Part shown: piece by piece, positions 48,633 to 59,598 of the stretch
How the letters are laid out: each line of letters starts with the position of its first letter
How positions within the stretch are numbered: the first letter of the stretch is position 1
Origin: an uncultured Marinoscillum sp.
Lineage (GTDB): Bacteria; Bacteroidota; Bacteroidia; Cytophagales; MED-G16
Direction: 5' to 3'
Assembly: GCA_902628365.1 (NCBI GenBank)
Contig: CACOMW010000004.1
Location: 8,654 to 72,653 of the forward strand
Length of the DNA stretch: 64,000 nt
Program-made: the position numbers and the translations under genes
Notes under the pieces: model-generated
What the model was told of the DNA's origin: nothing
What the model saw: only the letters and a program-made list of their open reading frames with translations
Database searches by the model: none

Positions 48633-50327
48633 ATGAACATTATTAATAACCTATTTTTTATAAATATTTATATAGCCAGTATTTTCGTATTTCTATCATG
48701 TACATATAATAATGATAGATCTAAAGATCAAAATCAAAAATTCAGCTTATTTGTTGAAAACTTTAACAATAAAGAAAATAATTACTCAAATTCACTAAAC
48801 AGGTTAAATAAAAAAAATATTCTTGATGAACTTAATCAAGTAAAAAAGGAATTAAATAATTTAAGATCAATAAATATAGATTCTTTATCTAATGATAATA
48901 TCATAGATTATAAGTTTATTGAAAGTATTCTCGTTGGCAAGGAAATTCAATATGAATTCATCAAATCTTGGGAAAAAGATCCAAGAGATTATATGAATTT
49001 TAGACAAATTTCCACTAATATAAATGGCCCAAAATCATGTGAAGATAAAATAAAATTCCTTCTCGAATATCTACCAATTGTAAGAAATGATCTCAAATTA
49101 GCCCCTAATCAAATTATATATTATGTTCCTAGATTTCAAGAATTGGGTTTATTTATGGCAGAAAACTCAAAATCAATATTTAAAGATGAAATTAATAGTT
49201 TTTTAAATGAAAAATGTGTGACTTCATTGCTTAAAGACAAAGAAAAAATTACATCTCTAACTAAAGAAATAAATATTGAAGTTGTAAATTTTATTGATTT
49301 TCTTAAAAATAACCTTCCTAAGCTCGAAAAATCAAGTTTTTCAATAGGTAAAGAAGCCTATAACATAATGCTTAAAAAGGAATTTTTATTGGATTACAAT
49401 GATGAAACATTATGGGAATACGGTTGGGAAGAATTTAATAATACTATTCAGAAAATGGATATTCTAGCTAAAGAAATTGATCCAAATAAAACAACGAAAG
49501 AATTACTAATTGAAATCAAAAACGAATATCCTGAACCAGATAAAATGATAGAAGCTCACCAATATTGGGTTGATAAATCCGGGGAACATATAAAAAATAA
49601 TAATTTGATTCCTATTCCTTGGAAAGAACGTGTTCAAGTTGTTCCAAGAGAGGAATATCTTAGAAAAACCTCTTATTATGGCAATTTTTCTAGAACAAAA
49701 GGTGTTGATAATGAAGGTTTTTTTACTTCAAAGTGGAAAATTAACCCTTTTGAAGATAGATGGGATCAAAAAACAAAGGATGAGTATTTAGTTGAACATG
49801 ATTGGGGAGTAATTATTGTAACAGCCCCTCATGAAACATATGCTGGGCATCATATTCAAGGATTATATCAAATGCATAATTCCAGGGAATTAAGAAGAAA
49901 TAATGGTCTTTCCTTATTTAGCGAAGGTTGGGGCTTGTATAATGAACAATTAATGTTAGAAACAGGATTTTACCCAAATAAAAAAATTGAACTAAGACAA
50001 TTGCAACTTAGATTATGGAGAAACGCTAGAGTTATATATGATGTTGGAATGCATACAGGCAAATTATCTTATGAAGAAGCCATTAGATTGATGACTGATA
50101 AGGTTGGTTTTTTAAGATGGGCTGCTCAATTAGAAATTGACTCATCATCTTCCAGACCAGGATATTTTATTGGCTATTTTATTGGAATGACTGAAATTCT
50201 AAAAATGAGAGAGGATTATAAAAAAATTAAAGGTGATCGGTTTAATATATCCGAATTTCATGAAAAATTATTAAAAATTGGTAATATGCCCCCTTCTTTG
50301 ATGAAAGAAGCATTATTCAATTTTTAA
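48633..50327 (+). CDS. DUF885 family protein (putative metallopeptidase-like lipoprotein)
   Basis: Lipobox FVFLSC and the DUF885 hallmark TAPHETYAGHHIQ. Confidence 0.7.
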   Translation: MNIINNLFFINIYIASIFVFLSCTYNNDRSKDQNQKFSLFVENFNNKENNYSNSLNRLNKKNILDELNQVKKELNNLRSINIDSLSNDNIIDYKFIESILVGKEIQYEFIKSWEKDPRDYMNFRQISTNINGPKSCEDKIKFLLEYLPIVRNDLKLAPNQIIYYVPRFQELGLFMAENSKSIFKDEINSFLNEKCVTSLLKDKEKITSLTKEINIEVVNFIDFLKNNLPKLEKSSFSIGKEAYNIMLKKEFLLDYNDETLWEYGWEEFNNTIQKMDILAKEIDPNKTTKELLIEIKNEYPEPDKMIEAHQYWVDKSGEHIKNNNLIPIPWKERVQVVPREEYLRKTSYYGNFSRTKGVDNEGFFTSKWKINPFEDRWDQKTKDEYLVEHDWGVIIVTAPHETYAGHHIQGLYQMHNSRELRRNNGLSLFSEGWGLYNEQLMLETGFYPNKKIELRQLQLRLWRNARVIYDVGMHTGKLSYEEAIRLMTDKVGFLRWAAQLEIDSSSSRPGYFIGYFIGMTEILKMREDYKKIKGDRFNISEFHEKLLKIGNMPPSLMKEALFNF

Positions 50328-50332
50328 TTTTA

Positions 50333-52630
50333 TTATTTAACAGTAATTTCCTGACTTAAATTATTTATAGATATTTTAAACTTCCCAGGTTCAAGAACAT
50401 ATTCATTGTTATAATTAACAAATGCTAATTCATTAATTGGAAGAGTAAAATTTATGATTTTCTCCTCTCCTCCTTTTAAATATACTTTACTAAACCTTCT
50501 TAACCTTTTAACATCAGGAGTAATTGAAGCAAAAAGATCAGATGAATATACTTGAATAGTTTCATATCCAGGTATTTCACTAATATTTTTTAAATTAACA
50601 GTCATTAATATAGTATCAGATTCAGAGTATTCTACCTTATTTAAAATCATATTAGAATATTTAAACTCTGAATAACTAAGTCCGTAACCAAAATCATAAA
50701 GATTATTTACTTGTCCAACATAATTATAAGCCCCTTGGTTGTTATTTTGAACATCTGAAGGTTTATGGTAATAGGTTAATAATGAATTAGGAAAAGCAGG
50801 GTATGAATAAGGTAATTTACCAGATGGATTTACTTTTCCAGATACTATGTCAACTAAAGCATCTGCCCCAAAATTTCCAGGAAGATAAATATTTATTATT
50901 GATTTCATAAGTGGCTGTATATCAGTAATTAACCTTGGCCTACCTAAATTTAAAATTAACACAATTGGCTTGCCTGTTTTAGCTATTTCTTTTGCTAATT
51001 TTAACTGTAATTTATGCAATGTTAAATCATTCAAATCACCAGGTTTTTCTGTATATGTATTTTCACCCAAACATAGAATGACATAATCAGAGTTCTTTGC
51101 TTCTAAAACAACTTTATTTATATCTACTTCTTTCATTTCAAAGTATTGACCATCATCTATATAAGAGACTCCAGGAAGATATTTAACATATTTTTCTCCA
51201 TATGTATTTGAGAATGCCTCATAAATTGTATTAAAATTACTAGCAAATTGATCTGTTTTCTCACCTTGCCAAGAGTATGTCCATGCACCATTTAATGTCC
51301 TCATGTTGTTACCATTTGGACCTGTAATTAAAATTTTAGTTTTATTATTAATTTTGATTGGTAACAAATCATCTTTGTTCTTAAGAAGAGTAATTGCTTC
51401 AGAAGCTGCATTATATGCTAGTTTTGAATATTTTTTAGATCCAAAATTATCATAATCTTGGTAATTTGTTATTGGTACATTAAATAAGTCTAATTCCATT
51501 TTAAGTTTTAAAATTCTTTCTACTGCGTCATTAATTCTACTCATTCTGACCTCCCCTTCATTTACTAAGTCTATTAAATTTTTACAAAACACTTCGTAAT
51601 CATAAGGAACCATTGACATATCAATTCCAGCATTAATAGCTATTTTTATTGCTTCTTTTATACTTTTTGCTACTTTATCCCTTGAATGAAGGTTATTAAT
51701 ATCTTCCCAATCAGTTAATATAACCCCTTCAAATCCCAGTTCATTTCTTAAAACATTAGTAATCAAATTGTAATCAGCATGAACTGGCTTTCCATTGATC
51801 AAACCTGAATTGATCATTATACTCTTTGCCCCTAAATTGATTGCTTCTCTAAAAGGTTCAATATGATATTCTTTTAACACATGATCTGGAATATATGCTG
51901 GAGTTCTATCTTTTCCAGAAATTGTTGGATGATATCCAACAAAGTGTTTTACACAAGTAGCTACTTTATATTTATCTAAAACATTATTATTTAAGCCTTG
52001 ATACCCTTTTATCATAGCATTTCCAAACTCTTTTACTACATACGGATCTTCACCAAAAGTCTCAAATTGACGTGGAAACCTAGGATCAGTTCCTAAATCT
52101 AAAACAGGAGAAAAATTCCATGGAATGCCAGAAGCTCTTGTTTCATAAGCACATACCATAGCCATATTATAGGCATTTTCTGGATTCCAGCTTGCTGCTG
52201 TTGTAATTTGCTGCGGAAACATTGTTGCGCCATCAGTATATGTAGTACCATGAACTGCATCAATTCCATATATTACAGGAATTTTTAGTCTAGTGCTATC
52301 CATTGCATATTTTTGAATTAAAGAAATGGTTTCATACCAAACCTCTGGACTTAAAGCTGTATTATTAATTGTATTTAATACTGAACCAATCTTATAGTCT
52401 ATTAATGCTTTCTTTGCTCTTTTTAGGTTTATTTCAAGAGGAAATTTAGATTTCCATTTATTTGGACCTTTAGCTATCACTGTAAGATTAATTTGAGTCA
52501 TCTGACCTACTTTCTCCTCAAGTGTCATTCGAGAAAGGATTCTTTGAACTTTTTGATCTAACTCACCTGATAATTCTTTTTTTTTAGAACATGAAAAAAT
52601 TATAAAAACAAAAAAGAAAAATATTCTCAT
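50333..52630 (-). CDS. bglX: glycoside hydrolase family 3 beta-glucosidase / exo-beta-glucanase
   Basis: GH3 N-domain (KHFVGYH, nucleophile region GVILTDWEDI), alpha/beta sandwich domain, and C-terminal FnIII-like domain. Lipobox IIFSC. Confidence 0.85.
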   Translation of the reverse strand: MRIFFFFVFIIFSCSKKKELSGELDQKVQRILSRMTLEEKVGQMTQINLTVIAKGPNKWKSKFPLEINLKRAKKALIDYKIGSVLNTINNTALSPEVWYETISLIQKYAMDSTRLKIPVIYGIDAVHGTTYTDGATMFPQQITTAASWNPENAYNMAMVCAYETRASGIPWNFSPVLDLGTDPRFPRQFETFGEDPYVVKEFGNAMIKGYQGLNNNVLDKYKVATCVKHFVGYHPTISGKDRTPAYIPDHVLKEYHIEPFREAINLGAKSIMINSGLINGKPVHADYNLITNVLRNELGFEGVILTDWEDINNLHSRDKVAKSIKEAIKIAINAGIDMSMVPYDYEVFCKNLIDLVNEGEVRMSRINDAVERILKLKMELDLFNVPITNYQDYDNFGSKKYSKLAYNAASEAITLLKNKDDLLPIKINNKTKILITGPNGNNMRTLNGAWTYSWQGEKTDQFASNFNTIYEAFSNTYGEKYVKYLPGVSYIDDGQYFEMKEVDINKVVLEAKNSDYVILCLGENTYTEKPGDLNDLTLHKLQLKLAKEIAKTGKPIVLILNLGRPRLITDIQPLMKSIINIYLPGNFGADALVDIVSGKVNPSGKLPYSYPAFPNSLLTYYHKPSDVQNNNQGAYNYVGQVNNLYDFGYGLSYSEFKYSNMILNKVEYSESDTILMTVNLKNISEIPGYETIQVYSSDLFASITPDVKRLRRFSKVYLKGGEEKIINFTLPINELAFVNYNNEYVLEPGKFKISINNLSQEITVK

Positions 52631-52733
52631 AATAGAAGTTTAATCATAATTTAAAAAAGAAAAACGGAAAAATTTATATTTTCGATGTAAATTCGCACTC
52701 TTAAGATATTTAATCATTGATTAAGATTTGATA

Positions 52734-55700
52734 ATGCTATCTAAAAAAAAATTTTTATTTTTTTTATTTTTATTTCAAGCTCATTTTATCTTTTCTCAAA
52801 ACCATACTGTAAATGGTAGAATTGTTGATGAAAATGGAGATCCTCTTCCTGGTGCAACCATTATTGTTAAAGGAACAACTAAAGGAGCAGTAACCGACTT
52901 AGATGGGTTATTTTCTATAACAACATACGAAGATACTATTTTAGTAGCATCTTTTTCAGGATATGAAAAAAGGGAAATATCAATCAATGGTCTTTCTTTA
53001 TTAGACATTTCTCTTTCACCAGATATAGAAACTTTACAAGAAGTAATAGTAATAGGATATGGTTCTCAAGAAAAAATGAATGTTACCGGTTCAGTTTCTA
53101 CTATTAAAAATGATGAATTAACTCTTGTCCCTGTACCAAATACATCAAATTTATTATCAGGAAGAGTACCTGGCGTGATGAGTAGACAAAACTCTGGATT
53201 ACCTGGAGGTGAAAATACTCAAATAAGAATCAGAAGTTTTAGCGAAGCACCTCTAATTTTAGTTGATGGAGTGCAAATGGATTTTTCAAGAATTGATCAA
53301 AATGATATTGCTAGTATAAGTATATTAAAAGATGCATCAGCTGCTGTATATGGTGCTAGGGCCGGAAATGGCGTTGTTTTAGTTACAACAAAGCGAGGAG
53401 AAAAAGGCACTCCTAATATTTCTTATAATTCAAGTTTTACCCTTCAGTCAGCAACTCAATTTTTAGAGCATGTATCTGCATCTCAATATGTAGAATTAGT
53501 TAGAGAAGCCAATTTAAATGATTTTGCAGATGCAAATGCAACATTTACTGAAGATGATATTCTAAAATATAAAAATAAAATGCCAGGATATGAAGGCGGA
53601 GATTGGGTTGGCGCACTTATCGATAATGGAGCGTATATGCATCAACACAATTTAAGTATATCGGGTGGCACTGATAATGTAAAATACTTTACCTCTTTTG
53701 GTTATGTAGATCAGGAAAGTTTTTTTACTTCAAGAGATTTTGACTATAAACGTTATAATGTTAGGTCTAATTTAGATTTAGAGTTAAATGAAAACCTAAA
53801 TTTTTCTGTTGATGTATCATACAGGCAAGATATAAGAAAAAGACCTGCAAAAAGTGCTCTATCTAATATTTGGATTGACTTATCAACTGCTCAACCTATA
53901 TTTCCTACTGAACTTCCAATTAACACTCCCCTACCTGACCCTACAAAGCCAGCTGTAGCTTATTCTGGATCTACAACTGGTAATAGAAATCCTCTAGCTA
54001 GATCATATAGAAATATATTTGGTTTTTATGACAGGTTTGATAATACATTTCGTGGAAAATTAGATTTTGAATATAAAATTCCTGGATTGCCAGAATTAAA
54101 ACTTAATGCAAATATGAATATTCAAATATTAGATCAATCTGAAAAAGCATTTAGAAAACCCTATAATATTTACAGATACAGCCCATCTACTGACACTCTA
54201 ATTCTTGAAGGAACAGGAAATGGAGTTTCAAATATTTCAGACGCTCAATTTAGAAGAACAATGCTTTATCCATTAATTTCTGCAAAATATGATAAGGAAG
54301 TAGGTAACCACAGCATAAATATTTTATTGTTAGCTGAACAAACCACTCGAAATTATAGTAGATTCTCTGCTTCAAGACAAAACCTTTTCACGACTTCTAT
54401 TCCAGAATTATTTATAGGATCTGAAAACGATCAATTCAATGATGGTTCTTCGGGACCTGATATAGGAAGAAAAAGCATTGTAACTAGATTGAATTATAGA
54501 CTAAAAAACCGTTATCTATTTGAATCAACATTTCGCGCTGATGGAAACGTATTGTTTGCCCCTACAACAAGATGGGGATATTTTCCAAGTTTTTCATTTG
54601 GATGGATTATTTCTGATGAACCATTTTTTTCATCTCAAAAAAATATCAATCTTAAAATTAGAACCTCATTTTCTCAACTAGGAGATGATTCAGCGAACGG
54701 AATAGCTGGCTTTGATTACCTGACTGGATATGAAACTATAAGTTCATATTTATTTGGAAACAATAATGCTGAAACTACTATAAGAACATTAGGAGAAGTT
54801 AATCCGTTTTTAACCTGGGAGATTATGTCAATGTATAATTTTGGTATTGAAGCCTCATTCCTTCAAGGTCGTCTTGAATTTGAAGCTGATTTATTTTATC
54901 GTAAAAGAGAAAATATACTTAGTAATGATCAAAAATCAGTTGCAAAAGAAGGGGGGTTTAAATTACCTCTAACAAATATTAATGTTAGCGATGATCGTGG
55001 CATTGAATTACTAGCGGTATATCAGCAAAATGTTGGATCCTTTAATTTTGAAGTATCCCCAAATGTCAGTTATGGAAAAGAAAAATATATTGTCAGAAGA
55101 GACCTGGAAGATTTTACTGATCCAGATAACATAAGAATTTATGGAAAAGAAGGTGAATGGGTAAATCGTAGAATTGGATATATTTCGGATGGTATCTTTA
55201 TGAGTCAAGATGAAATTAACAACCACTCTGTGATTCAAGATGGAAACGGGAACCTTATTCTAAGACCAGGAGATATCAAGTATAAAGACCTTGATGGAAA
55301 TGATACTATCAATTTTAGGGATCAAAATCTTATAGGATATGCAAGTAATATGCCCGAATTATCGTATGGTATGAATTTTAGTGTAAAAAATAAAAATCTT
55401 AAATTATCTATGTTGCTTCAAGGAGCGTCAAAATTTAGCATTTATATTAATGGACCTGCCGCAACGATGTTTAGCAATGGATCCATTCCCCTATCCTATC
55501 ATTATAATTATGCATGGCAACCCCACCCAAATGATCCTTCAAATAATATAAATCCTAATGCAATATTACCTGCTGCAAGCTTTGCCGCCAATACAAACAA
55601 TTCAAAGGTTTCTGATTTTTGGCTGAGAGACGTTCGATATTTAAGAATTAAAAATATAAACCTTTCATACAACATTCCTAAAAAGTTTATTTCTAAAGTC

Positions 55701-55868
55701 GGATTTAAGTCTACTCAAATTTATTTTGCTGCTGAAAATTTAATTACTTGGACAAACCTTGGTATTTATAAAAATTCTTTTGACCCAGAATTTGATCCAA
55801 ATACCCAAACGACAAGAAGGTATCCAATTACAAGGTCATTTACAGTTGGACTTAAAGCATCATTTTAA
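52734..55868 (+). CDS. susC: SusC/RagA family TonB-linked outer membrane protein
   Basis: CarboxypepD_reg-like N-domain GRIVDENGDPLPGATIIVKGTTKGAVTDLDGLFSI, plug VIGYGSQEKMNVTGSVSTI, and a roughly 1040-aa barrel ending ...TVGLKASF. Confidence 0.9.
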   Translation: MLSKKKFLFFLFLFQAHFIFSQNHTVNGRIVDENGDPLPGATIIVKGTTKGAVTDLDGLFSITTYEDTILVASFSGYEKREISINGLSLLDISLSPDIETLQEVIVIGYGSQEKMNVTGSVSTIKNDELTLVPVPNTSNLLSGRVPGVMSRQNSGLPGGENTQIRIRSFSEAPLILVDGVQMDFSRIDQNDIASISILKDASAAVYGARAGNGVVLVTTKRGEKGTPNISYNSSFTLQSATQFLEHVSASQYVELVREANLNDFADANATFTEDDILKYKNKMPGYEGGDWVGALIDNGAYMHQHNLSISGGTDNVKYFTSFGYVDQESFFTSRDFDYKRYNVRSNLDLELNENLNFSVDVSYRQDIRKRPAKSALSNIWIDLSTAQPIFPTELPINTPLPDPTKPAVAYSGSTTGNRNPLARSYRNIFGFYDRFDNTFRGKLDFEYKIPGLPELKLNANMNIQILDQSEKAFRKPYNIYRYSPSTDTLILEGTGNGVSNISDAQFRRTMLYPLISAKYDKEVGNHSINILLLAEQTTRNYSRFSASRQNLFTTSIPELFIGSENDQFNDGSSGPDIGRKSIVTRLNYRLKNRYLFESTFRADGNVLFAPTTRWGYFPSFSFGWIISDEPFFSSQKNINLKIRTSFSQLGDDSANGIAGFDYLTGYETISSYLFGNNNAETTIRTLGEVNPFLTWEIMSMYNFGIEASFLQGRLEFEADLFYRKRENILSNDQKSVAKEGGFKLPLTNINVSDDRGIELLAVYQQNVGSFNFEVSPNVSYGKEKYIVRRDLEDFTDPDNIRIYGKEGEWVNRRIGYISDGIFMSQDEINNHSVIQDGNGNLILRPGDIKYKDLDGNDTINFRDQNLIGYASNMPELSYGMNFSVKNKNLKLSMLLQGASKFSIYINGPAATMFSNGSIPLSYHYNYAWQPHPNDPSNNINPNAILPAASFAANTNNSKVSDFWLRDVRYLRIKNINLSYNIPKKFISKVGFKSTQIYFAAENLITWTNLGIYKNSFDPEFDPNTQTTRRYPITRSFTVGLKASF

Positions 55869-55870
55869 TT

Positions 55871-57607
55871 ATGGAAAACAATAAAACAATATTTATAGTT
55901 ATACTAGCTCTTTTATTTCAATTGGGATGTAATGAACCTTTTGATTTAAAAAGAAATGATATCATATCAGATGAATTAGTATTTGACGATCCAATTTTAG
56001 CAGATGCTTTTCTTTTTGATTTATATGATAGAGCTCAATTCCATATTAAATCTGGAAATGGAAATCTAAATATGGGGATGATTAGTTCATTAGGGGGTGA
56101 ATCTAGAAATTACGGAGTTTCTTGGCAAACACCATATACTCAAGTTTTAGATGTTGATTATAATGAAAATGGACTTCTAGGAAAAGTTATAGATTATTAT
56201 GATTATGCCCTTATAAGGGAATGCAATCAAATGATTACAAGACTTCCTTTATCTAATAATTTAAATAAAAATTTTATAGATACCAGAGTCTCAGAAGCAA
56301 GGTTTATTCGTGCTCATGCATACTTTGAAATGGTAAAGCGTTTTGGGGGTGTGCCGCTTGTTACAGACGTGATTCCAGTTCAAGGCACGTCTGACCAGCT
56401 ATATAGATCTAGAAATTCCGAAAAAGAAATATATGATTTCATTAAAAATGAAATGGATGAAATAAGTGCTTTGCTCCCATCTATTCCTGAAGCAGATGGT
56501 AGAATTACAAAATGGACTGCTCTTGCACTAAAAAGTAGAGCCATGCTTTATGCTGCAAGTGTTGCAAATTTTGGCTCTCAACAACTAAATGGACTACTTG
56601 GATTTCCTATAAGTGACGCTTCATCGTATTATCAAGCATCATTGGATGCTTCAAATCAAATTATTCAATCAGGAGCTTTTTCATTATACAAAAAATCTGA
56701 TGATCCAGTTAAAAACTTTGGTGACTTATTTATAGATGAAAATAACAATTCAGAAGTAATATTTGTAGAAAAATATGACTACGATGCTGGCAAAAGCCAT
56801 CAATGGGATGCTTTAGCCCAACCATCAGGTTTTGGCTTTAATTGGAGCTCAAATTATACGGTGTACCTAGAAACATTAGAGCAATTTGATTTTACAGATG
56901 GAGCTACTGGTAAGATTGATCGTTCTTTATATGATGATGCAACACCAATTGATCCAAACAGATTTTTTGAACAAAGAGATCCAAGAATGAGAGCTTCTAT
57001 ATTTTATCCTGGAGCTTCATTTAAAAATGGGACTGTATTCTTTCATAGAAGTATGACAGGAACTAAAGAAGGATGGCCTGCAACTGGACCTTCAAAACAT
57101 ACAGGAAGCCTTGCTACAGGCTTACTAGTTCGAAAACGAACAAACCCAAATACTCCAGATGCAACAAGGTCAAGTACTGATTATATTGTATATAGGTATG
57201 GAGAAATATTACTCAATTATGTAGAAGCAGCGTTTTATCTTGGAGATCCAAATGGTGATATGGTAGCCACTATAAACCAACTAAGAGATAGAGCAGGTAT
57301 GCCTTCATTAAATCTGGCTCAGCTTACAGAAGAGAAAATAAGACAAGAGAGAAGGTGTGAGCTAGCATTTGAGGACCATACATTTTGGGATTTGAGAAGA
57401 TGGAGAATAGCTGTAGCTGAACTAAATAATGTTCAAAGGCATAGATTACACTACAGATACAATGCAAATACAGATAAATATACTATAGAAATGGCTGAAG
57501 GTGATCTTGGTGGAGTTCGTATCCACCCTGAAAGAAATTATTATTATGCTTTAGGGTTAAACAGATTAGCGGACAACCCAGCATTAATTGAAAACCCAGG
57601 ATATTAA
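55871..57607 (+). CDS. susD: SusD/RagB family nutrient-binding outer membrane lipoprotein
   Basis: Lipobox FQLGCN. Starts 2 nt after the susC stop. SusD-like helical core (RFIRAHAYFEMVKRFGGVPL; ERRCELAFEDHTFWDLRRW). Confidence 0.9.
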   Translation: MENNKTIFIVILALLFQLGCNEPFDLKRNDIISDELVFDDPILADAFLFDLYDRAQFHIKSGNGNLNMGMISSLGGESRNYGVSWQTPYTQVLDVDYNENGLLGKVIDYYDYALIRECNQMITRLPLSNNLNKNFIDTRVSEARFIRAHAYFEMVKRFGGVPLVTDVIPVQGTSDQLYRSRNSEKEIYDFIKNEMDEISALLPSIPEADGRITKWTALALKSRAMLYAASVANFGSQQLNGLLGFPISDASSYYQASLDASNQIIQSGAFSLYKKSDDPVKNFGDLFIDENNNSEVIFVEKYDYDAGKSHQWDALAQPSGFGFNWSSNYTVYLETLEQFDFTDGATGKIDRSLYDDATPIDPNRFFEQRDPRMRASIFYPGASFKNGTVFFHRSMTGTKEGWPATGPSKHTGSLATGLLVRKRTNPNTPDATRSSTDYIVYRYGEILLNYVEAAFYLGDPNGDMVATINQLRDRAGMPSLNLAQLTEEKIRQERRCELAFEDHTFWDLRRWRIAVAELNNVQRHRLHYRYNANTDKYTIEMAEGDLGGVRIHPERNYYYALGLNRLADNPALIENPGY

Positions 57608-57608
57608 T

Positions 57609-58976
57609 ATGAAAAATACCTATATATTTTCTTTAATTTGTAGTTTATTATTCATTTTCACAAATTGTAATGATGATCTAAATATTTCAAGAACAGATAG
57701 AGCAAATAGCGCTGGAACTTCAACTCAAGAGCTAATATTAGATAAAAAAGGCATTGGAATGTCTTATAAAGAACTTACCTGGTCAACAAGGATTGGTCGA
57801 TTAAAACCATTTTGGCATTATTCTTGGAATCGTGATCTTAAAAATAATATTCCTGACAGTGTAGAATATGTTCCAATGTTTTGGGGAGCAAATAGTGTAA
57901 ATGATAGTGAAATAATTAGAATAAAAGGTTTAATAAATGAAGGAAAAGTAAAACACGTATTAGGGTTTAATGAACCTGATTTGGAAACACAAGCAAATAT
58001 GAGTGTTGATGAGGCAATAGCTTTATGGCCTAAATTAGAAGAATTAGGAGTTCCTTTAGGTAGTCCTGTTCCTGCAGAGACTCAAGGAGTTTGGCTTGAA
58101 GAATTTATGCAAAAAGCTGGTGAAAATAGTCTTAGAGTTGATTTTATTGCTCTTCATATATATCAAAGTAATAACCCTCAGTTATTTTTAGATATAGTTG
58201 ATAGGATTTATGAAAAATATGATCTACCTATCTGGATTACAGAAATGTCAGTAGTTGACAATCAAGCAGAAACTGTTGAAGAAAATAGATACACTTCATC
58301 ACAAATTTTAGCTACTATGAGAAAACTTTTACCTGAATTATATAACAGAAAGTATGTTGAACGCTTTGCATGGTTTTCAGCCACAAAAGATTCCCCTAAC
58401 TACCCTAGACAAGTTGCATCAATTCTTTTTGATGATCAAGATAATCTAACTGAACTTGGTCAATTTTATGCTAATTATAAATCTAACCCCTTGAGTGGTA
58501 AGGGTTTAGACAAAGAAGTTGAAGTGGTAGAAGAAGTTGATGGGAACCTGTTACAAAATGGAACTTTTGAAACAGGAAAAATTGATCCGTGGGCAGGATT
58601 TAAAAATGCTGTTATCTCCTCTTCAGTTCAAGAACCTAATACAGGAAACTATTTAGCAAGAATAGAACCTCATGATGGTTCTATTTACCAAATAGTTGAT
58701 GTAGAAGCAGGAAAAACATATACCTACACGTTTTTTCATAGATTTAAAAGTATCCCTCCCAATACATTTAATGCAGTTATTAGAAATGAAGAGGGAGATG
58801 AAAAAAAGTTTTTTACCTACGAAATACCTAAAACAGATATTTGGAAAGAAAATAAGTTAGAGTTTACCGTTCCAGATGGAGTAACAAAAGTAAGAATTGT
58901 ATTTTATAAACCTCAATTAGACCCCCTTTTACCATCATTTTTTTTAGATGACGTTGTGATTTTACTCAAACCTTAA
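57609..58976 (+). CDS. GH128-type (Pfam Glyco_hydro_cc) putative beta-1,3-glucanase with C-terminal CBM4/9-like domain, lipoprotein
   Basis: Lipobox FIFTNC. FWHYSWN, EYVPMFWG, LGFNEPD (acid/base Glu) and PIWITEM (nucleophile Glu) fit the Glyco_hydro_cc pattern. C-terminal NLLQNGTFETG...FLDDV is CBM-like. The ATG at 57609 is preferred over the track TTG at 57588. Confidence 0.65.
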   Translation: MKNTYIFSLICSLLFIFTNCNDDLNISRTDRANSAGTSTQELILDKKGIGMSYKELTWSTRIGRLKPFWHYSWNRDLKNNIPDSVEYVPMFWGANSVNDSEIIRIKGLINEGKVKHVLGFNEPDLETQANMSVDEAIALWPKLEELGVPLGSPVPAETQGVWLEEFMQKAGENSLRVDFIALHIYQSNNPQLFLDIVDRIYEKYDLPIWITEMSVVDNQAETVEENRYTSSQILATMRKLLPELYNRKYVERFAWFSATKDSPNYPRQVASILFDDQDNLTELGQFYANYKSNPLSGKGLDKEVEVVEEVDGNLLQNGTFETGKIDPWAGFKNAVISSSVQEPNTGNYLARIEPHDGSIYQIVDVEAGKTYTYTFFHRFKSIPPNTFNAVIRNEEGDEKKFFTYEIPKTDIWKENKLEFTVPDGVTKVRIVFYKPQLDPLLPSFFLDDVVILLKP

Positions 58977-59076
58977 ATAATTGTCAAATCTTAATATTAA
59001 AAACTTTTAAAATAAAATTTTGGTTTATATATTAGTCGATTATTTTATAATTTATATCGATTCTAAACTAATTATT

Positions 59077-59556
59077 ATGAATACATTTTACTTAAAATAC
59101 CTATCCACACTATTAATTTTAGCTTTATTTTCTCTATCCTGCAATGATGATGCACTTAAGGATGATGAAGAAAATAGCTTGTTTCTTGAACATGCAGCCT
59201 TATTAGAAGGTACATGGAAAGTAAAAGATGCTTCTAGTGTAATAAAAGACGGTAATGCGGTAAATGTTTTTCAAAATATGTCATTTGTAATTGGTAAATA
59301 CGATATGAATGAAGACAAATGCAGCTATACTACGGACCACCAAGAAAATAAAGGTACAGAAGTATGGCCTAATTCTGGAACTTGGAAATTTAATGGACAA
59401 AAAGGCTTTAGAAAAGCAACTGACAAAGACCTTTTATTAAGAAATGATAATGTGAAATTAAGTATTTCTGTTTCTGCAAATGAACTTGTAGTTAATTTTT
59501 CTATAGCTGGTGGCTTTAAAAAAGGGAATTGGACATTCTATTTTGTCAAACAATAA
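59077..59556 (+). CDS. hypothetical small PUL-associated lipoprotein
   Basis: Lipobox ALFSLSC at ATG 59077 (the track start at 59020 adds a non-signal extension). GTWKV... lipocalin-like pattern. Position matches SusE/F-type accessory genes. Confidence 0.5.
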   Translation: MNTFYLKYLSTLLILALFSLSCNDDALKDDEENSLFLEHAALLEGTWKVKDASSVIKDGNAVNVFQNMSFVIGKYDMNEDKCSYTTDHQENKGTEVWPNSGTWKFNGQKGFRKATDKDLLLRNDNVKLSISVSANELVVNFSIAGGFKKGNWTFYFVKQ

Positions 59557-59598
59557 ACTATTTAAAATATTAAAACATTAAATTAAATTAACATTATT

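Noticed and set aside
5104-55238. Other embedded track ORFs (5104-5376, 6494-6760, 10604-10954, 18630-18827, 19332-19535, 19433-19729, 19536-19754, 20507-20842, 23761-24030, 29072-29344, 30024-30290, 37041-37229, 38092-38379, 38497-38784, 39054-39263, 48200-48415, 52796-53008, 55011-55238)
   Set aside because: Each is wholly contained, antisense or out of frame, in a longer ORF with clear family motifs. None has a motif of its own.
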